Below, one piece after another: positions 24,130 through 40,960 of a DNA stretch of 64,000 bases; position 1 is the stretch's first letter, and the number at the start of each line of letters is the position of its first letter. The translations under genes and the position numbers were made by a program. The DNA comes from an uncultured Methanosarcinaceae archaeon (GTDB taxonomy: Archaea; Halobacteriota; Methanosarcinia; Methanosarcinales; Methanosarcinaceae): positions 96,001 through 160,000 of the forward strand of contig CAWHXP010000002.1 of assembly GCA_963833425.1 (NCBI GenBank), in the 5' to 3' direction. The notes beneath the pieces were generated by a model, which did not search any database, was not told where the DNA came from, and worked only from the letters and a program-made list of their open reading frames with translations.

Positions 24130-24660
24130 TTTTCTAAAATCGCATTATTGTACTAATTATGTTTACACATTATTACTTAAAATTTCTCCGTCGCAACAAT
24201 CCTTCTCTTTTTGATTTTCCCCTTTGAAATTCTGTTTCCGCCTTGTATACCTGTCATATGCAATCAGTGACCATATAATTGTGGCAATATCCCTTGTCAT
24301 GACAATAATTTTTTAATATATCAGATCAATTTCTTCTTCCATTAAAAAAATTCATTTAATTTGCTATGTTTCTTTCTTGCTGCTGTCTGAGTAATATGCG
24401 CAAAAATCCACTCTTCTACCAACGATACCTCTTTTGATTCTCCTTTTTAAAATGTACTAGAGGATCCGTATACTTCCAAATCTACGCCATGAAGCAAGAT
24501 AATTGCCTCAACAAAAACTTTTGAAATTGCCTATTTCAGCGATTAAAATTCCTAAACTAATTTCCCAATTCTTGGAAGCGGCATTAAAATTTTCATATTG
24601 ATTTTAAACTTCGCTAATCAATGTTGGGAATATCTATCTCAAAAGTTTTGATCTCATCTT
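24130..24660 (-). mobile_element. IS110-family transposase remnant
   Basis: Fragments ILIAEIGNFK, LASW, AARKKHSKL and ATIIWSLI; homologous to 58280-58800. Confidence 0.6.
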
Positions 24661-24843
24661 CAAGGTGCTTTATAAAATATAGACAATAAAATTTTAACTT
24701 AAAAAGTCAATTCTTTGACTAATTTTGGTTTTAATTTATTTTTTTAGACAGGCACAAAATAAAATAGTAGGATACTACCGCTCTAGTCGCTAAAAAATGT
24801 GGTATGTAAAAGATTTTTCTTCGAGTATACACAACAAAATCAT

Positions 24844-25140
24844 AGAGAATTTCGATAGCTACATGACTTGAGCACTGACAGTATAACTCTCTGAACAATA
24901 ATCTTCAATCATGGAAAATTTATAGATTTTGCTCTTAAAGACTAATATAAACTTCATTTACATTCAAGATAAATTTGCTTAAATCGGTTCTTTAATAGAG
25001 TGGAGATACTCTCAGATCATTTTCAAAAAATATGTTTTCACACAATAATTTCATGAAAAAGATCAGAAGTTGAAGTAATAATTATGTTTAAAATATTTTT
25101 TTACAGCACTGTATTATCTTTTTATGATCTTGTCAAAAGA
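24844..25140 (+). mobile_element. IS5-family left-end remnant
   Basis: Begins AGAGAATTTCGATA like the TIR at 42421, followed by degraded DFALK...EVEVIIMFK. Confidence 0.65.
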
Positions 25141-25289
25141 TTGAAAGAAACGACTAAATAATTTAATAATTAGAGTGCTAATTGTCAGAAACATGAACTC
25201 CTATACAAGATGGGATAGATGGGATGCTTCGGAGCAAATCTAAAATTAACATATCATAAATTCATTTTAAGTTATTGTTAGTACAGGGT

Positions 25290-25417
25290 GAATATGACAG
25301 CTATCCAGAGTTCCCGAAGGCTCGCGCACTTCAGTACAGTAAGGAACGTGGACAGGCTTATCTACTGTGTTCGGGATGGGTACAGGAGTTACCCTGCCGC
25401 TATGGCCGTCATACTCC
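25290..25417 (-). rRNA. rrf: 5S rRNA
   Basis: GGCCATAGCGG...CCCATCCCGAACAC..TAAGCC on the minus strand, with a terminal helix. Confidence 0.95.
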
Positions 25418-25498
25418 TCCTATAAAGAGGATCGTTTTATAAGGACAAATAAGTCACGTATAGACTACTGCATACTGAATTTCGCCTGGACCTGATAT

Positions 25499-28396
<2,898 letters not shown>

Positions 28397-28573
28397 TGTT
28401 ACACCTAACCAGGTCCAGTAAGCGTCCAGTATACAGTATCATATACATGACTTCATCTACCTACAAAGAGGTAATCAGTCCTTCCCTGATAATTCAATTA
28501 TCAGGTGCACATGTGAATGAAGTATTTGAGGTTTTGTCGGTTTATCGGCATCTGGTTGGTGTGTTTATTGCTT

Positions 28574-30051
<1,478 letters not shown>

Positions 30052-30339
30052 TGTCAATGTTATTGCACACTTAAAGTATTTGGTCGCAGAAACTTGCACT
30101 AACAACTATCAATTCAGTTATTTTCAGTTTTGAGATAGATGTTTTTGTAAAACAACTACCAACCAGAATTAACCGAACCGACAAAATCCTCGTCGGACAG
30201 GAAAAAACTCCTGACCCCACTAGATAAAAGAGAATTAAGATAAACTCCGGATTATAATGAATATATTATTTATAAGCCAAATAATGAAGTTTACCACATC
30301 CTCGAATGGAATTTGCATTTCAACTCACACAATTGCTTT

Positions 30340-30450
30340 ATGTGAGGGATATATACAAGACACATCTAGTATATAAACACTGGGATTATCTCCCCGCATA
30401 TTCCATTTGTGTGAGGACAATATATTAAGCTCCAAAAGTATATAAATATT
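30340..30450 (-). promoter_or_regulatory. tandem rRNA promoters (two TTTATATA boxes 69 bp apart)
   Basis: TATA boxes at 30370-30377 and 30439-30446, each followed by a similar CCTCACA sequence, upstream of 16S. Confidence 0.6.
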
Positions 30451-32150
30451 CTTATGTTAGGCAGATCAAACAAATATAAAAAAGGATGGAATAGTTGTAA
30501 AGATTTAACCCAAAAATACATTTATAACCTTTAATTTTGCTTTTTTGATCTATTACTAAAATAGCATCTCTATGCACTATACGATTCCAATTTTCCAACT
30601 TATATTTTGCGGAATTTAGAAGTAGTGTCTTTTTCACTACTACATCTTTTTGATCTGCTGCCAACTTCAATTTTGCCCAATTTCACAAAATTGGCTAGTT
30701 CTACGATTAGAAATTTTACAAAACTGACGACTTCTCCAACGCAAACTTTTCAAGTGATTTCAGAGTAATCGAGGCAAACACAGCTGAAAATATAATAATA
30801 AACAGTGAGCATATTTGTGAGTTGGTTCGTAAATTTTTCATTCGTGAGGGGGATTATTTAGATGCAGATAATATCTATTTTAATTACTGAACAAAAACTT
30901 GAAGCTGAAAAAAGTTGAGACAATCCTTTAAAGAGGTTTGATACTATTTCTTTGATCACCTATGGTTATGGTCTAAAGCCTTTCTATATACTTGGCTTAG
31001 GTAAAAATTTTATAATTTTATTTTCTATTTTTATAATTTTATTTTCTATTATTTATGCAACGAGTCCAAAAATGTATTTTGAGAAGAGAGATAAAATACC
31101 TATCAAATTTAATTGACAAGGGCTTAGAATTTACATACAATCCAATCAAAATGAAGAAAATCTAAGGAGAACCATTTGGATGCTCCGTATTTTAGCATTA
31201 ATAGATCCATCAATGTTGGTTCAGGAATATAGTATGCTGAAGACAGAATACAGGATACCTTGTAAGAATTGATTAGTTGGATCATGCTCGGGATATTCAT
31301 GGCAACTCATACGAAAGTAATGGTAGATCTTAATTTTTGACAAAATATGCACATGTCGAGGAACTAGGGATATAATCAAAAATTATCCGAGCTTGGACCA
31401 TGACATTTTTTTTATATTTTAGGCAGTAACTTTGTGTTTAACCGTGTGCTCTTGGATTAAATTTTGAATAGGAAGTACGGATATAGTCTTATTTAATCTT
31501 TTTTTGCCTATCTTTAGTATGTAATATCCGTTGTATGTATTTTTGCTGAAATGGTTCTATTTTTAATAGAGGTTTTGAGATATATCCAAATAATCTAAAA
31601 TCAAAATCGAATTTATGAGAATTGAGGGCTAACTTTTTTTTGGACTCTAAATACATCTACTTACGCCTTTAATCCCTGAAAAAAAAATCCAATCTATTAT
31701 TTTAAATTGAAAATCGATAGCATTAAAAATTATGAAAACATAATATTTTACTGCGGCAAGTGGATTGAATCTACAGCAAATTTGCAAGACTACCAAATTG
31801 AGACATCAGCTATGGAACTCGAAATTCAACAACCGGCTTTGAGCATAGTTTTTTTGTAGTAAAACCACTGAATTCTCTAATTTTTCAGCTGAAAACAATG
31901 TACAAATATTCTATCAATTTTGATCAACTCTGTGCTACTCTCCTTCACCACAAAAACTAAAATTTATCATTTTCATGGGAGTTATAGTAATTTTTTAAGA
32001 TATAATTTCTAGACTAGACTAGTCTAGAGATTTAGCGAAACTAAGCTACGTTTATTATCCTTACATTGAGAAATTTATCACGAAACATATCATATTTAAC
32101 ATATTTATTCTGCAAATATTTATTTATTTATTTATTTATTTTATAATTAT

Positions 32151-32679
32151 ATGATCAGTATTATATCTAAGAAACTAATTGCATTCGGACTTATTATAGT
32201 AGTTATATCATTAATAGCAACGATCTCAAGCGCATCGACGGACTCACAAACTTTTGGTGATCAAGCGGACATACTTAATAGCGCAGGCCAACACGATGAA
32301 GCGATAAAAATCTATGACAATGAATTGCAAGTTACCGACTGGACGAAAATGCTTGGATCGGTAAAAGCGACATTTTATCTAAATCATATAAGGTGATGAA
32401 GCAATCAAAATAGATAACAAGCACGTGAAACTTTTGACAATCAAGGAGCAAATCTTGTGAACTCGGACCACTGCGATGAAGCAAAAAAAAGTTTATGACA
32501 AAGTACTTTTAAGGAATCCGATGGATTCTAAATTTTGGTTCGGAAAAGGTGGTGCTCTTGAGAAATTAGGTAGATTAAATTAAGCATACACTGCATATGA
32601 TGAAGTAGCTAGTCCAGATGATTGGACCAAAAAAACCACAATTGTCGAGAAAATTGAGCAAATAAATTGTGGTTCTTAA
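32151..32679 (+). pseudogene. secreted TPR-repeat protein pseudogene
   Basis: Signal peptide, then G.HDEAIKIYD and YDKVLLRNPMDSKIWFGKGGALEKLGR TPR units across frameshifts. Confidence 0.7.
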
Positions 32680-32803
32680 AAACAAAGAATAGCTCTGAAA
32701 CTTCTAGTAAGATAATATTTAATTTTTTTATTGATTATATTTTTTTTACACATATACACAAGTTTATGCTATAAAACATATGTATATTCTCAACGTAAAC
32801 TTT

Positions 32804-34204
32804 TCAGCAGATTTTTGCCAGATCATTTTCAGTTGAAACGATTTTTGTTGCCCCTAATTTTGCTGCTTGTTCAAGGAACTGACATGCTTTGTCTATATCG
32901 TCTGCTAGAATTGTTGCCATATCCGAAGTGAAATTTTTCCTTATAACAATATGCATTATCTCGATATCCTCCGCATTTTTTGGTAGACAGTAGGCAGGGA
33001 CTATCCAGCCTTTTTCTCTAAGTTTAAACGATATCTGCAGCAAAGAATATCCCGTCTCTTTTTTTTGCCTGAAAGCAATTATAGGTAGCCTTTCTCCTTT
33101 TTAAGCATTTCAAACCGGTCCAATAGATCAAGTTTTTCAGCAAGATTTTGAGCAACTTTTGAATATTCTTCATTATCCCGGTATATCCAGCCCTGCCGAA
33201 CCTTAAGATACTGTAATATTGGGCTACAAGCATTGTACTACCTCTTGAAAAATTCAGGGTGTATGTCTTCTCTTGTTCCCCAAGATAGTTTACACTAAAA
33301 ATCAAATCCTTTGGAAGGTCTTTTTCTTCACGAAATATCAGCCAGCAAGCCCTGGATAAGTTAATCCATACTTATGTCCAGACACATTTACTGATCTTAC
33401 CCTATCCGGTCTGAAATCCCACTCAAAACTTGGTTCTGTGAAAGGCAATATGAACCCCCACTTGCAGCATCTACGTGGCTAGGTATATCCCAGCCCTTTT
33501 CTTTTTTATACTCCACAAGTAGGTTATTAATATCTTTTATTGGATCTATTTCTCCTGTAAAAGTCGTTCCTAGCACGCAACCAACACAGATGGTATTCTC
33601 ATCAATATGCTTAGAGACGCCTTTGGCTGTAATTGTACGTTTCTCCTTGTCTATAGGAATTTATATAGCATCAACATCGAAGTACTTGGCAAACTTGTCC
33701 CAGCAAACGTGGGCGTCTGCCCCAAAAATTATGTTTGGTTTACTTGTGCCGCGCCCCGAATTTTTCCAACTCCATTTGTGAGCTAGCAAACCTAGCAGTA
33801 TAGCCTCGGAAAAGCCTACTGTTGCAGTGCCAATGAATTCCGCGTTATGTCCATCAAAAAGCCCAAGCATATTCACGATATTTTTCTGAATAACCTTGCC
33901 AGTTTGCGGATATTCGAAGAGATCTATAATATTTTTGTTGATGTTTTCCATAATAAGCTTGTCTGCTTCCGGTTCCATCCAAGTATTGACAAAACTTGCC
34001 AGATTCAGAAAAGGATTGCCGTCCAGGCTCAGTTCATCATGCACTAGTTGATAAGCAGCTCTTGGACTCATTCCATCTTCAGGGAATTCATACTTAGAAA
34101 TTCCTTTTTTTGTAGCGTTTGGGAGATATCTAGCGCTGTATGCACCAACACGATATTTTTAGACTCTTCCATTTTTTTTCTATGATTGCTTTCTTCGAAA
34201 TCAT
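32804..34204 (-). pseudogene. gadB: glutamate decarboxylase pseudogene
   Basis: [52 protein letters not shown] and GWIVPAY, with multiple frameshifts. Confidence 0.9.
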
Positions 34205-34489
34205 AATTTTAATCCTATATTCGTTTCTAATTCTCTTAATGTTCTCTATTTCTTGGCGGTGTACATAAAGTCTGTAAAATCAAGATTATCGCTTTAATCA
34301 GAAATTGTGTGCCCTTTTTATCTGAATTTGGGATAAATACATAATTTTTATCTAATCGGTGTAATAATTAAAAGGCTAAATATTGCTATGTGGCAAAATA
34401 AAAAGGAATATTCTTTGGCCAGGAGAACCCAGCTTCTAAATGAATTTTTCCTATTTAGAATACCGATAGGTTTGTAGATTATATTTTTA

Positions 34490-35100
34490 AGTCAAAATTT
34501 TCTTGTGTTCAACCCACCTCCCGTAGAAATTCGCAATGAAAATTGAACTCGTGAAAATCATTGCTGGAATGCCTATAAGAACAATTGAGAGAATTGCAAA
34601 GACATTACAAGTGCATACTGTTTCAGTACTGCTACGATATAGTCTCCGAGATTAACTTTAACAACGTTAAATATGTAAAATTCAAAGAAAGACTCAATGG
34701 TCTGTTTCCTTAAGAAGTTAACCATGAGTATCGGGATCACAAAGAATCCAAGCAGCAGGCCAATGAGAATTCCATAACTAAATTAAAACGAGTAAATGAA
34801 TACTGTAGTCACTATTTTAGCACTTACGGGTCAAGTGTTTTGGATCTGGGGAAACTGATGCGGTAGTCTATCCTGAAACGTATTCTAAACAGACCTCTAA
34901 CCACGTACATATACATAGAGGTTAGTCTAAAAGGCCATGCCTATCTCCGGATAAGGGTAGGCATTTTGAACTTTCGTTGTTAAGACAGTGCTTTATCTTG
35001 CCTGTCGAAGAACCAACCGCACAGTAAGAATGCGCAAGCAAAAAAGCTAAATGAGAATATGCATAAGCAAGCTGTTCATGCCAAAAGTGTTTTCCATAAT
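34490..35100 (-). pseudogene. possible DUF4013-like membrane protein pseudogene
   Basis: Fragments FVIPILMVNFLRKQTIESFFEF, NLGDYIVAVLKQYAL and GIPAMIFT..FIANFYGR; the 5' half is unreadable. Confidence 0.35.
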
Positions 35101-35155
35101 GTTGATCCTGAGAAGGATTATCGTCCATTATGAAACTAACAATGTTTGAAATTTT

Positions 35156-35554
35156 TCACATCGAGTGAGTAAGAGACACCTGTTTGCTCATCACTTTCAG
35201 CTTCTTGATTACTGAGATGGTTGCCTGAGATTCTTTGTAAATTTTGTCTTCATAATAACTTATGATCTCGTCAACCGAAGCCGCAAGAGAATAAATCTTC
35301 GTCGGGCGCCCTTTCCCAGGCTTTTTTTCCGAACGCATACTAACCCAAGACTTATTGCACATTAACCTCATTGCAAGACTGACTTCTGGTTGCCTTAATC
35401 TAGTACTTATTTCAATTTCCTGGGATGAAGCTTCGTTTACATTCATAAGATATGCCATGGTTGTAGCAGCATTTTTTGACATCCCGAGATTGCTTAATGC
35501 TTTAATAAAAATATGGTCACTTTCGTCCAACATTTTTACTTCAGAGTCTTTCAT
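35156..35554 (-). CDS. winged-HTH transcriptional regulator (Methanosarcinales type)
   Basis: ASSQEIEISTRLRQPEVSLAM and GKGRPTKIYSL. Confidence 0.85.
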   Translation of the reverse strand: MKDSEVKMLDESDHIFIKALSNLGMSKNAATTMAYLMNVNEASSQEIEISTRLRQPEVSLAMRLMCNKSWVSMRSEKKPGKGRPTKIYSLAASVDEIISYYEDKIYKESQATISVIKKLKVMSKQVSLTHSM

Positions 35555-36177
35555 GATAACTCCTTGACATTTCGAATTTATGAATCGTTTGTCATCTTAA
35601 AGAATGTTTTTATAATTACCACTTAAAGTTTGGGATACCTTATAAAGATTTTCACAACATATGTATTTACCTGATAAACGTTGCCATTTTGACATTTTGA
35701 AGATAAATAAAAAGCATTTTTTCTTTATTCGTTGGTTAACCACATAAAATCCCAAAAAACACTCTGCAGCCTCTTCACAGAGCTTAATCCAACTAGTAAG
35801 TATTTTGGACCCTCCTTCGGTTTACAAATACCCTGAAAACTGGTAGGACAGGCATATAATCTCTATCAAATTTAGCATTGTAGTGATCAGGCCGGGACAA
35901 AAATAGCTATTTAATTATGTCTATCCATGGCACTACTCCACATACCTAATCACGCCTATATACCAAAAAGCTAATCTAAAATTCCATGGCTACCGCTCGG
36001 GAATAAACTCAATAGATTTAGATGCCAGAAGGCTCGCAAGAAGTGAAAAAAGAAAAATATTTATTTCCTACTACCATATTGAAGGATTAGAAAATGGAGG
36101 AAGGCAGTGGGTTGATTTGTGAGTCGGTAGACAAAAAAGTTATAGGAATTTTAACAGATATAAGTATAATATTAGCT

Positions 36178-36588
36178 TTATTTTTCATCTTCTTCATTCC
36201 ATTCCATTAAAGCCTTCTCAATAGATATTAACGTGAACATAGTAGTATTGAAGATTTCGTCCGGGTGTTGTGGCATCCAACTGATTTCGTCGAGAACGTC
36301 TTTTGGGAGCCTAACAATGTCGTTCAGCTCTTCTCCTATCTTCACGAAATATTCAGTATATCGTAAACCATACCTACTGTTATCACACGCAGTGATAGAA
36401 ATATACTGAGTAAATGACCCATCATTCAGTATATCCCTCGAATATCTGTAATGAATTTCTTCAACGCAATCTGAGTAATCACTATTCAGTCTTTTGATGG
36501 TATCTGGGATCGATTCACCATCTTTCTGCAAAGCTTTCAGGTCTGATAATACACTTTTAGAAAGTCTGATAGTTTTGTATTGCTTCAT
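36178..36588 (-). CDS. hypothetical protein with N-terminal ribbon-helix-helix-like motif
   Basis: MKQYKTIRLSKSV...LK.LQKDGESIPDTIKRL resembles CopG/antitoxin RHH N-termini. Confidence 0.5.
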   Translation of the reverse strand: MKQYKTIRLSKSVLSDLKALQKDGESIPDTIKRLNSDYSDCVEEIHYRYSRDILNDGSFTQYISITACDNSRYGLRYTEYFVKIGEELNDIVRLPKDVLDEISWMPQHPDEIFNTTMFTLISIEKALMEWNEEDEK

Positions 36589-36828
36589 GCTATGATTGAT
36601 GCAGTTGAGATCTATATATAGAATACTACATGAGTAGTTAACAGTACATGTACTAAAGAAGATTTCATGGATTTTTCGAGTAATTATACATATGAGTAGC
36701 AATTTTTTTTACATTTGTAGTATCGTTTAGTATAAATAGGTCTTGAAGATCCGGATATTCATATTTTTCCATACAGTGAACCTAAATCCAGAAAGCACCT
36801 GAATCATGAAAAGAGGCAGAAGAATTAA

Positions 36829-36874
36829 GTGAGCTCGCTGCGATTCGAACACATGATCTCCACAATTTAAAGGC
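36829..36874 (-). repeat. degenerate copy of tRNA-Val 3' half (att-like)
   Basis: About 36/46 identity to 40489-40534 in the same orientation, spanning anticodon loop to discriminator. Confidence 0.65.
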
Positions 36875-37540
36875 TTCATTAAATAATGCAGCCTAATAAT
36901 CCCTTTAATTCATGACCAAATCAACCCACTAAATTGCAACCCTATCAATAATCATTCCTCAACATCTGATTCCACACAAGAAACCAGTTGTGAGAACTTC
37001 GATGAACGCAACGTAATCATTGAAGGTAAAGTTGCCCACTATCCAACTTCTTTTTTATCTAATGGTGCAAACTTTTCACTTATTCTTCCCTGTTTCATAT
37101 GTTCCTGAACTGAAGAAGATATGTAATCTTAAGTCTTATTGTAGTGTACTAGAAGAAATTAAAAGTGGTCGTGTATCTGCAAAAACTATTCGTAAATGAC
37201 ATCTTAATATGATGATCAAAGAAAGTATTACAGAAAGTTTGGCTGGTTTCGTTCAAGGTAGAGCATCTATTACTGTAGGAAGTACACATTCTCTCAATAA
37301 GGTTCAAATAGCTGTGGATCAGTATCGAAAAAATATCGGAAAATTTTCTATTTAATTCAAGTTAGATACGAAGTAGATCAATTATATGTTGACTCGTATA
37401 TGTTGACAGCCCCCTCATTTCGTTACCAAAAGAAGATAGAGAACAAAGCCTTTTCTAACTTTCTTAAAAGTGGAGCTTCAACCACAAAACCCCTTCTTTT
37501 AGCTTAATGCCTAAAAAGAATAAAAAATTACCATCAATTT

Positions 37541-37624
37541 GCTGAGGCATCAAGTTTGGCCAAAGGCGCCAGATTCAGAGTCTGATCTCATAGGAGTTCG
37601 TGCGTTCTAATCGCACCTTTCGCA
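37541..37624 (+). pseudogene. degenerate tRNA-Leu(CAG)
   Basis: GGCCAAAGGCG, CCAGA-TT-CAG-AG-TCTGA, variable arm and GTGCG-TTCTAAT-CGCAC; acceptor stem and T-loop are damaged. Confidence 0.7.
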
Positions 37625-37843
37625 TAAACCTTTTTAATCTATTAATTTTCTTTTAGTTACTTTTTTGCTCATATATCCAAATTAACTTGCCTTTTATGGA
37701 GTCGCAACAAGATGAATTTTTAATGTAAAGGATTCAAGATATAACATACAAGACTAGACAAAAGCAAGAAGTAAACAGAGCAAAAAGTAGGAAGATAATA
37801 ATAAATAAGGACATATAAAAATAAAGATCTATTTTAACAATAT

Positions 37844-37928
37844 GTGAGGGTTGCCTAGCCAGGTCAAAGGCGTCAGACTTAAGATCTGATTACGAAGGTA
37901 TTCGTGGGTTCGAATCCCACCCCTCGCA
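37844..37928 (+). tRNA. tRNA-Leu(TAA)
   Basis: Acceptor GTGAGGG/CCCTCGC-A; TCAGA-CT-TAA-GA-TCTGA; long variable arm; GTGGG-TTCGAAT-CCCAC. Confidence 0.95.
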
Positions 37929-38199
37929 CTAAAATTGTGGGTAATAGGTAACGTGAATTTTTTGTACGTGTGTGTAAAGTTTATGCACAACCCATTTTTT
38001 AAGAAGTTAACTAATTAAAAATTATTTATATAAACCCGTCTATTTATCAAGTGATCCATTTATAGATAATGTTTTAACAAGCAGTTGTAATCATTATAGA
38101 AGCCACAAAACCGATTAATGAAATCAGCGCTGAGGATCTTTGTAGTATTCTATCTAATCCTGGTTGTTTTAGTTCACCTAACCTCTCAATAACTTCCTC

Positions 38200-39620
38200 A
38201 TAGAATTCTGGTTTTATTATTTACAGAAAATTAGTATGTTAGAATTTTTATTTCATCCAAACGTTTTAGTTAAATCACTTAATTTATCAGCCTGGATAGA
38301 AAACAATTTTTCGATAGATGATGTATTTAAACTCTCAATTCCATTAAGTTTCTTTAGTTCTTTTTTCATGGCATCAAGGCTTGGGATAATAGTATGTGAA
38401 GTCACTTTAACTTTGAAAATTTAATTAGTTATGCCATCCAATTTTTCAATAATTTTATTTATCTCTCCTTTAATTTCTTCAGTGTTATCTTTTATTGTTT
38501 TAATAATTTGTATTACATCATCGGGCATTGAACTAAAAATTGGAATTAATCCAACAAGTCTAGAAACTATTTTGTATTGTTTCACAAGATCTTTTTCAGT
38601 ACTTATTCCATCAATTTCTCTAAAAATACGTTCATAGGCAGATAAATTTAGCATTTTGAATATGAAATTCTCGATCAGATCTTCAATATTTTGCGTTATT
38701 TCTTTCTGACTACCGATTTCCCATTTCTGAACTTCTTTACTGACAGCACATGTAATTTCTTCCGTATCAGTTAGTTTCGCTTCTTTGCATACGATCTTTG
38801 CTTTCTTTTGAATTTCTTTAAGAAGCTCTTTTAGGTTTCTGTCAAGAATAGGCAGCCCTTTTTTCATTGTTTCTATTGCAAACAGTGCTTTTTCTTCGTT
38901 CTCTATCATAAGTTCCGTTGCACGATCACAGTATTGTCTATAAAAGTTAAGTTCACCTTTTTTTACTTCCAAGTCTAATTTCTCAAAATTCTTGAGTTCA
39001 TTTAATGCATTTGCAAGATTTTCAACAGCTTCAAAAAGTAGCTCTTTGCTCTTTGAGTCCCTAATTTCAGTTTTCGCTTCGGCCAGGTATCTGTCCACTT
39101 GTTTTTTTGCTTCATGTTTTTTGAAAAGTATTGTGTGGAAAGAACGGTAAAAAGGAAGGAAAAATTTAGATGGATTAGACTTATTGTCAAGTGATTCAAG
39201 TGCCGCTTCCTTAAAAAACTCAATAGCCTTGTCTAACTCCTCTTTATAATCTTCCTCGGTTTCTGCCTGGGAGGCCTTGAATATACAGACTCTTCCAAGA
39301 AAATGATTTGAGGAAATCCTCACATAATCATCAGAATCATTGGTCAGTCTATGTAAGTCATCCCATGCTTGTTACTTATCTGGAAATTGAGAAAACGCAG
39401 AAACAAGCACTTCGGCAGCATGACTCCTAACATAACTTATTTCATCATTGCTCAGTCTATATAAGTCATTCCATGCCTGTTATTTATCTGGTACTTTAGA
39501 AAACACAGAACCAAGAGCATCGGCAGCCTTAGCCCTCAAATCACTGTCTTCATCATTGATTAGTCTATGTAAATCGTTCCAAGCCTGTTTTTTAGAGGGT
39601 ATCAATGAAAAGTAAGCTGT
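38200..39620 (-). pseudogene. HEAT-repeat protein pseudogene (Methanosarcina type)
   Basis: 36-aa repeats QAWNDLHRL.ND.D..VR..AA.ALGS.FS..PDK with TAA stops, followed by the 300-aa ORF 38421-39323. Confidence 0.8.
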
Positions 39621-39892
39621 TAACTGACCTAATACTTTGATACTTTTTTATATCCTTACTGATGCACTGATCGTGAATCTTCTTTTGGTCTATCAACTGC
39701 CCTACACCAGAAATTTCTATGATACTTAGAGCTTAAAACAGTTTCTTTTTGAATCTTGAGATTTGTAAACAAGAGCAGCTAAATAATATATTTTAGGTTT
39801 CTTCTATTACGGTCTTGAAAACGATTTTTAGAATAGAAATTCAGAGAATTACATATAGGACTATATTTTATTAAACAGTAATCAAACCAACA

Positions 39893-39977
39893 TCGAGAGT
39901 TGCCCAACCAGGTTAAAGGCTCCCGATTCAGAGTACAGTTCCGTAGAAGTTCGTGCGTTCGAATCGTACCTCTCACA
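39893..39977 (+). pseudogene. degenerate tRNA-Leu(CAG)
   Basis: GAGAGTTGCCCAACCAGGTTAAAGGC..GATTCAGAG..GTGCGTTCGAATCGTAC-CTCTCACA; the anticodon stem does not pair. Confidence 0.7.
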
Positions 39978-40489
39978 CTAATTCTCTTGGACCTACTCAT
40001 TTGAATTGAAATTATATAAACAATTACTATCCAAACCAAAATAATTTTGGCGTGCTGTATATACTTGATTTTGTACATCAAATACGTAAGTCTTATATCT
40101 ATTTCATCCTTTTTAAGATCAACTAAAACAAGGATTAAAGCCAAATATAGCCGAAGAGAAGACGGATCATAAACGGGGACATCATAGCACAGTATGGCAA
40201 TTATTATGTAGCAAAGCTTCAATGATTTTATTTTAGAGGAGTTACGTAGCACCAAAAAGATGTAAAGAAAATTTGATAAAAGTATCATATTTATTGAAAT
40301 CAGAAGCCGATAAATTTGCAGAAAAAATGAATATGAAACAGCATTCAAATACAATTTACTCTTGAGAGATATTAATGAATTTAAAGTTACACAACCAGAA
40401 ATAAAATCTTATCTTGAAGCAAGAATTGAAGCATTAGAAAAAGAAGATCATTAAACCTTTAAATTAGAAAACAAGGATAATAAAGATAG

Positions 40490-40563
40490 TGGGCCCGCTG
40501 AGATTCGAACTCAGGATCCCCGCCGTGTAAAGGCGATGTCATGACCGGCTAGACCACGAGCCC
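40490..40563 (-). tRNA. tRNA-Val(TAC)
   Basis: GGGCTCG/CGGGCCC-A; TCGCC-TT-TAC-AC-GGCGG; CTGAG-TTCGAAT-CTCAG. Confidence 0.95.
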
Positions 40564-40704
40564 ATTTCGCTGTTTATTGTATTTTTGGATTACTCAAAAT
40601 GCAAAACCAAAATGCTATTAATTGTATATATCTTTTTTGTTCCTCATAGATTTTTTTATTCTGAAATAATTTTACCTCCGAACTCGTTTTAATTTGTTAA
40701 TATC

Positions 40705-40960
40705 CTCACAACTTAGACAACTAACTCCGATTCTAAATTTTGCTTAAGTTGATAATCTGTTCTAGAAAGCACTTTCTAAGAATCCAGTTCTTCAAATTTC
40801 AAGGCCATTTGAAGCTTTGTGTTATACCTTGAACGAATTTCTCAAAGATTTCAAGCTCTTCTCTTAACCTCTGGAATTTATAATACATTCCCAGTTTTCT
40901 GCAATTCTGATATGTTATATCCACAAATGTTACCTTAATCACTTATTCTCTTTCGTCCAT
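40705..40960 (-). mobile_element. IS481-family transposase 3' remnant
   Basis: Clear homology to 44480-44660 (AAGCTTC..GCCTTGAAA.TT.AAGAACTG..TAGAAAGT.CTTT.TAGAACAGATTA). Confidence 0.55.

Noticed and set aside
30452..31400. Possible TnpB or other gene fragments upstream of the rRNA operon
   Set aside because: The motifs are too degraded to support a call.
34890..34966. Two adjacent hairpins as a possible ncRNA
   Set aside because: The stems are short and lie inside a probable pseudogene, with no recognisable RNA family.
39779..40354. 191-aa minus-strand ORF
   Set aside because: It overlaps the pseudo-tRNA, is AT-rich and has no motifs; likely spurious.
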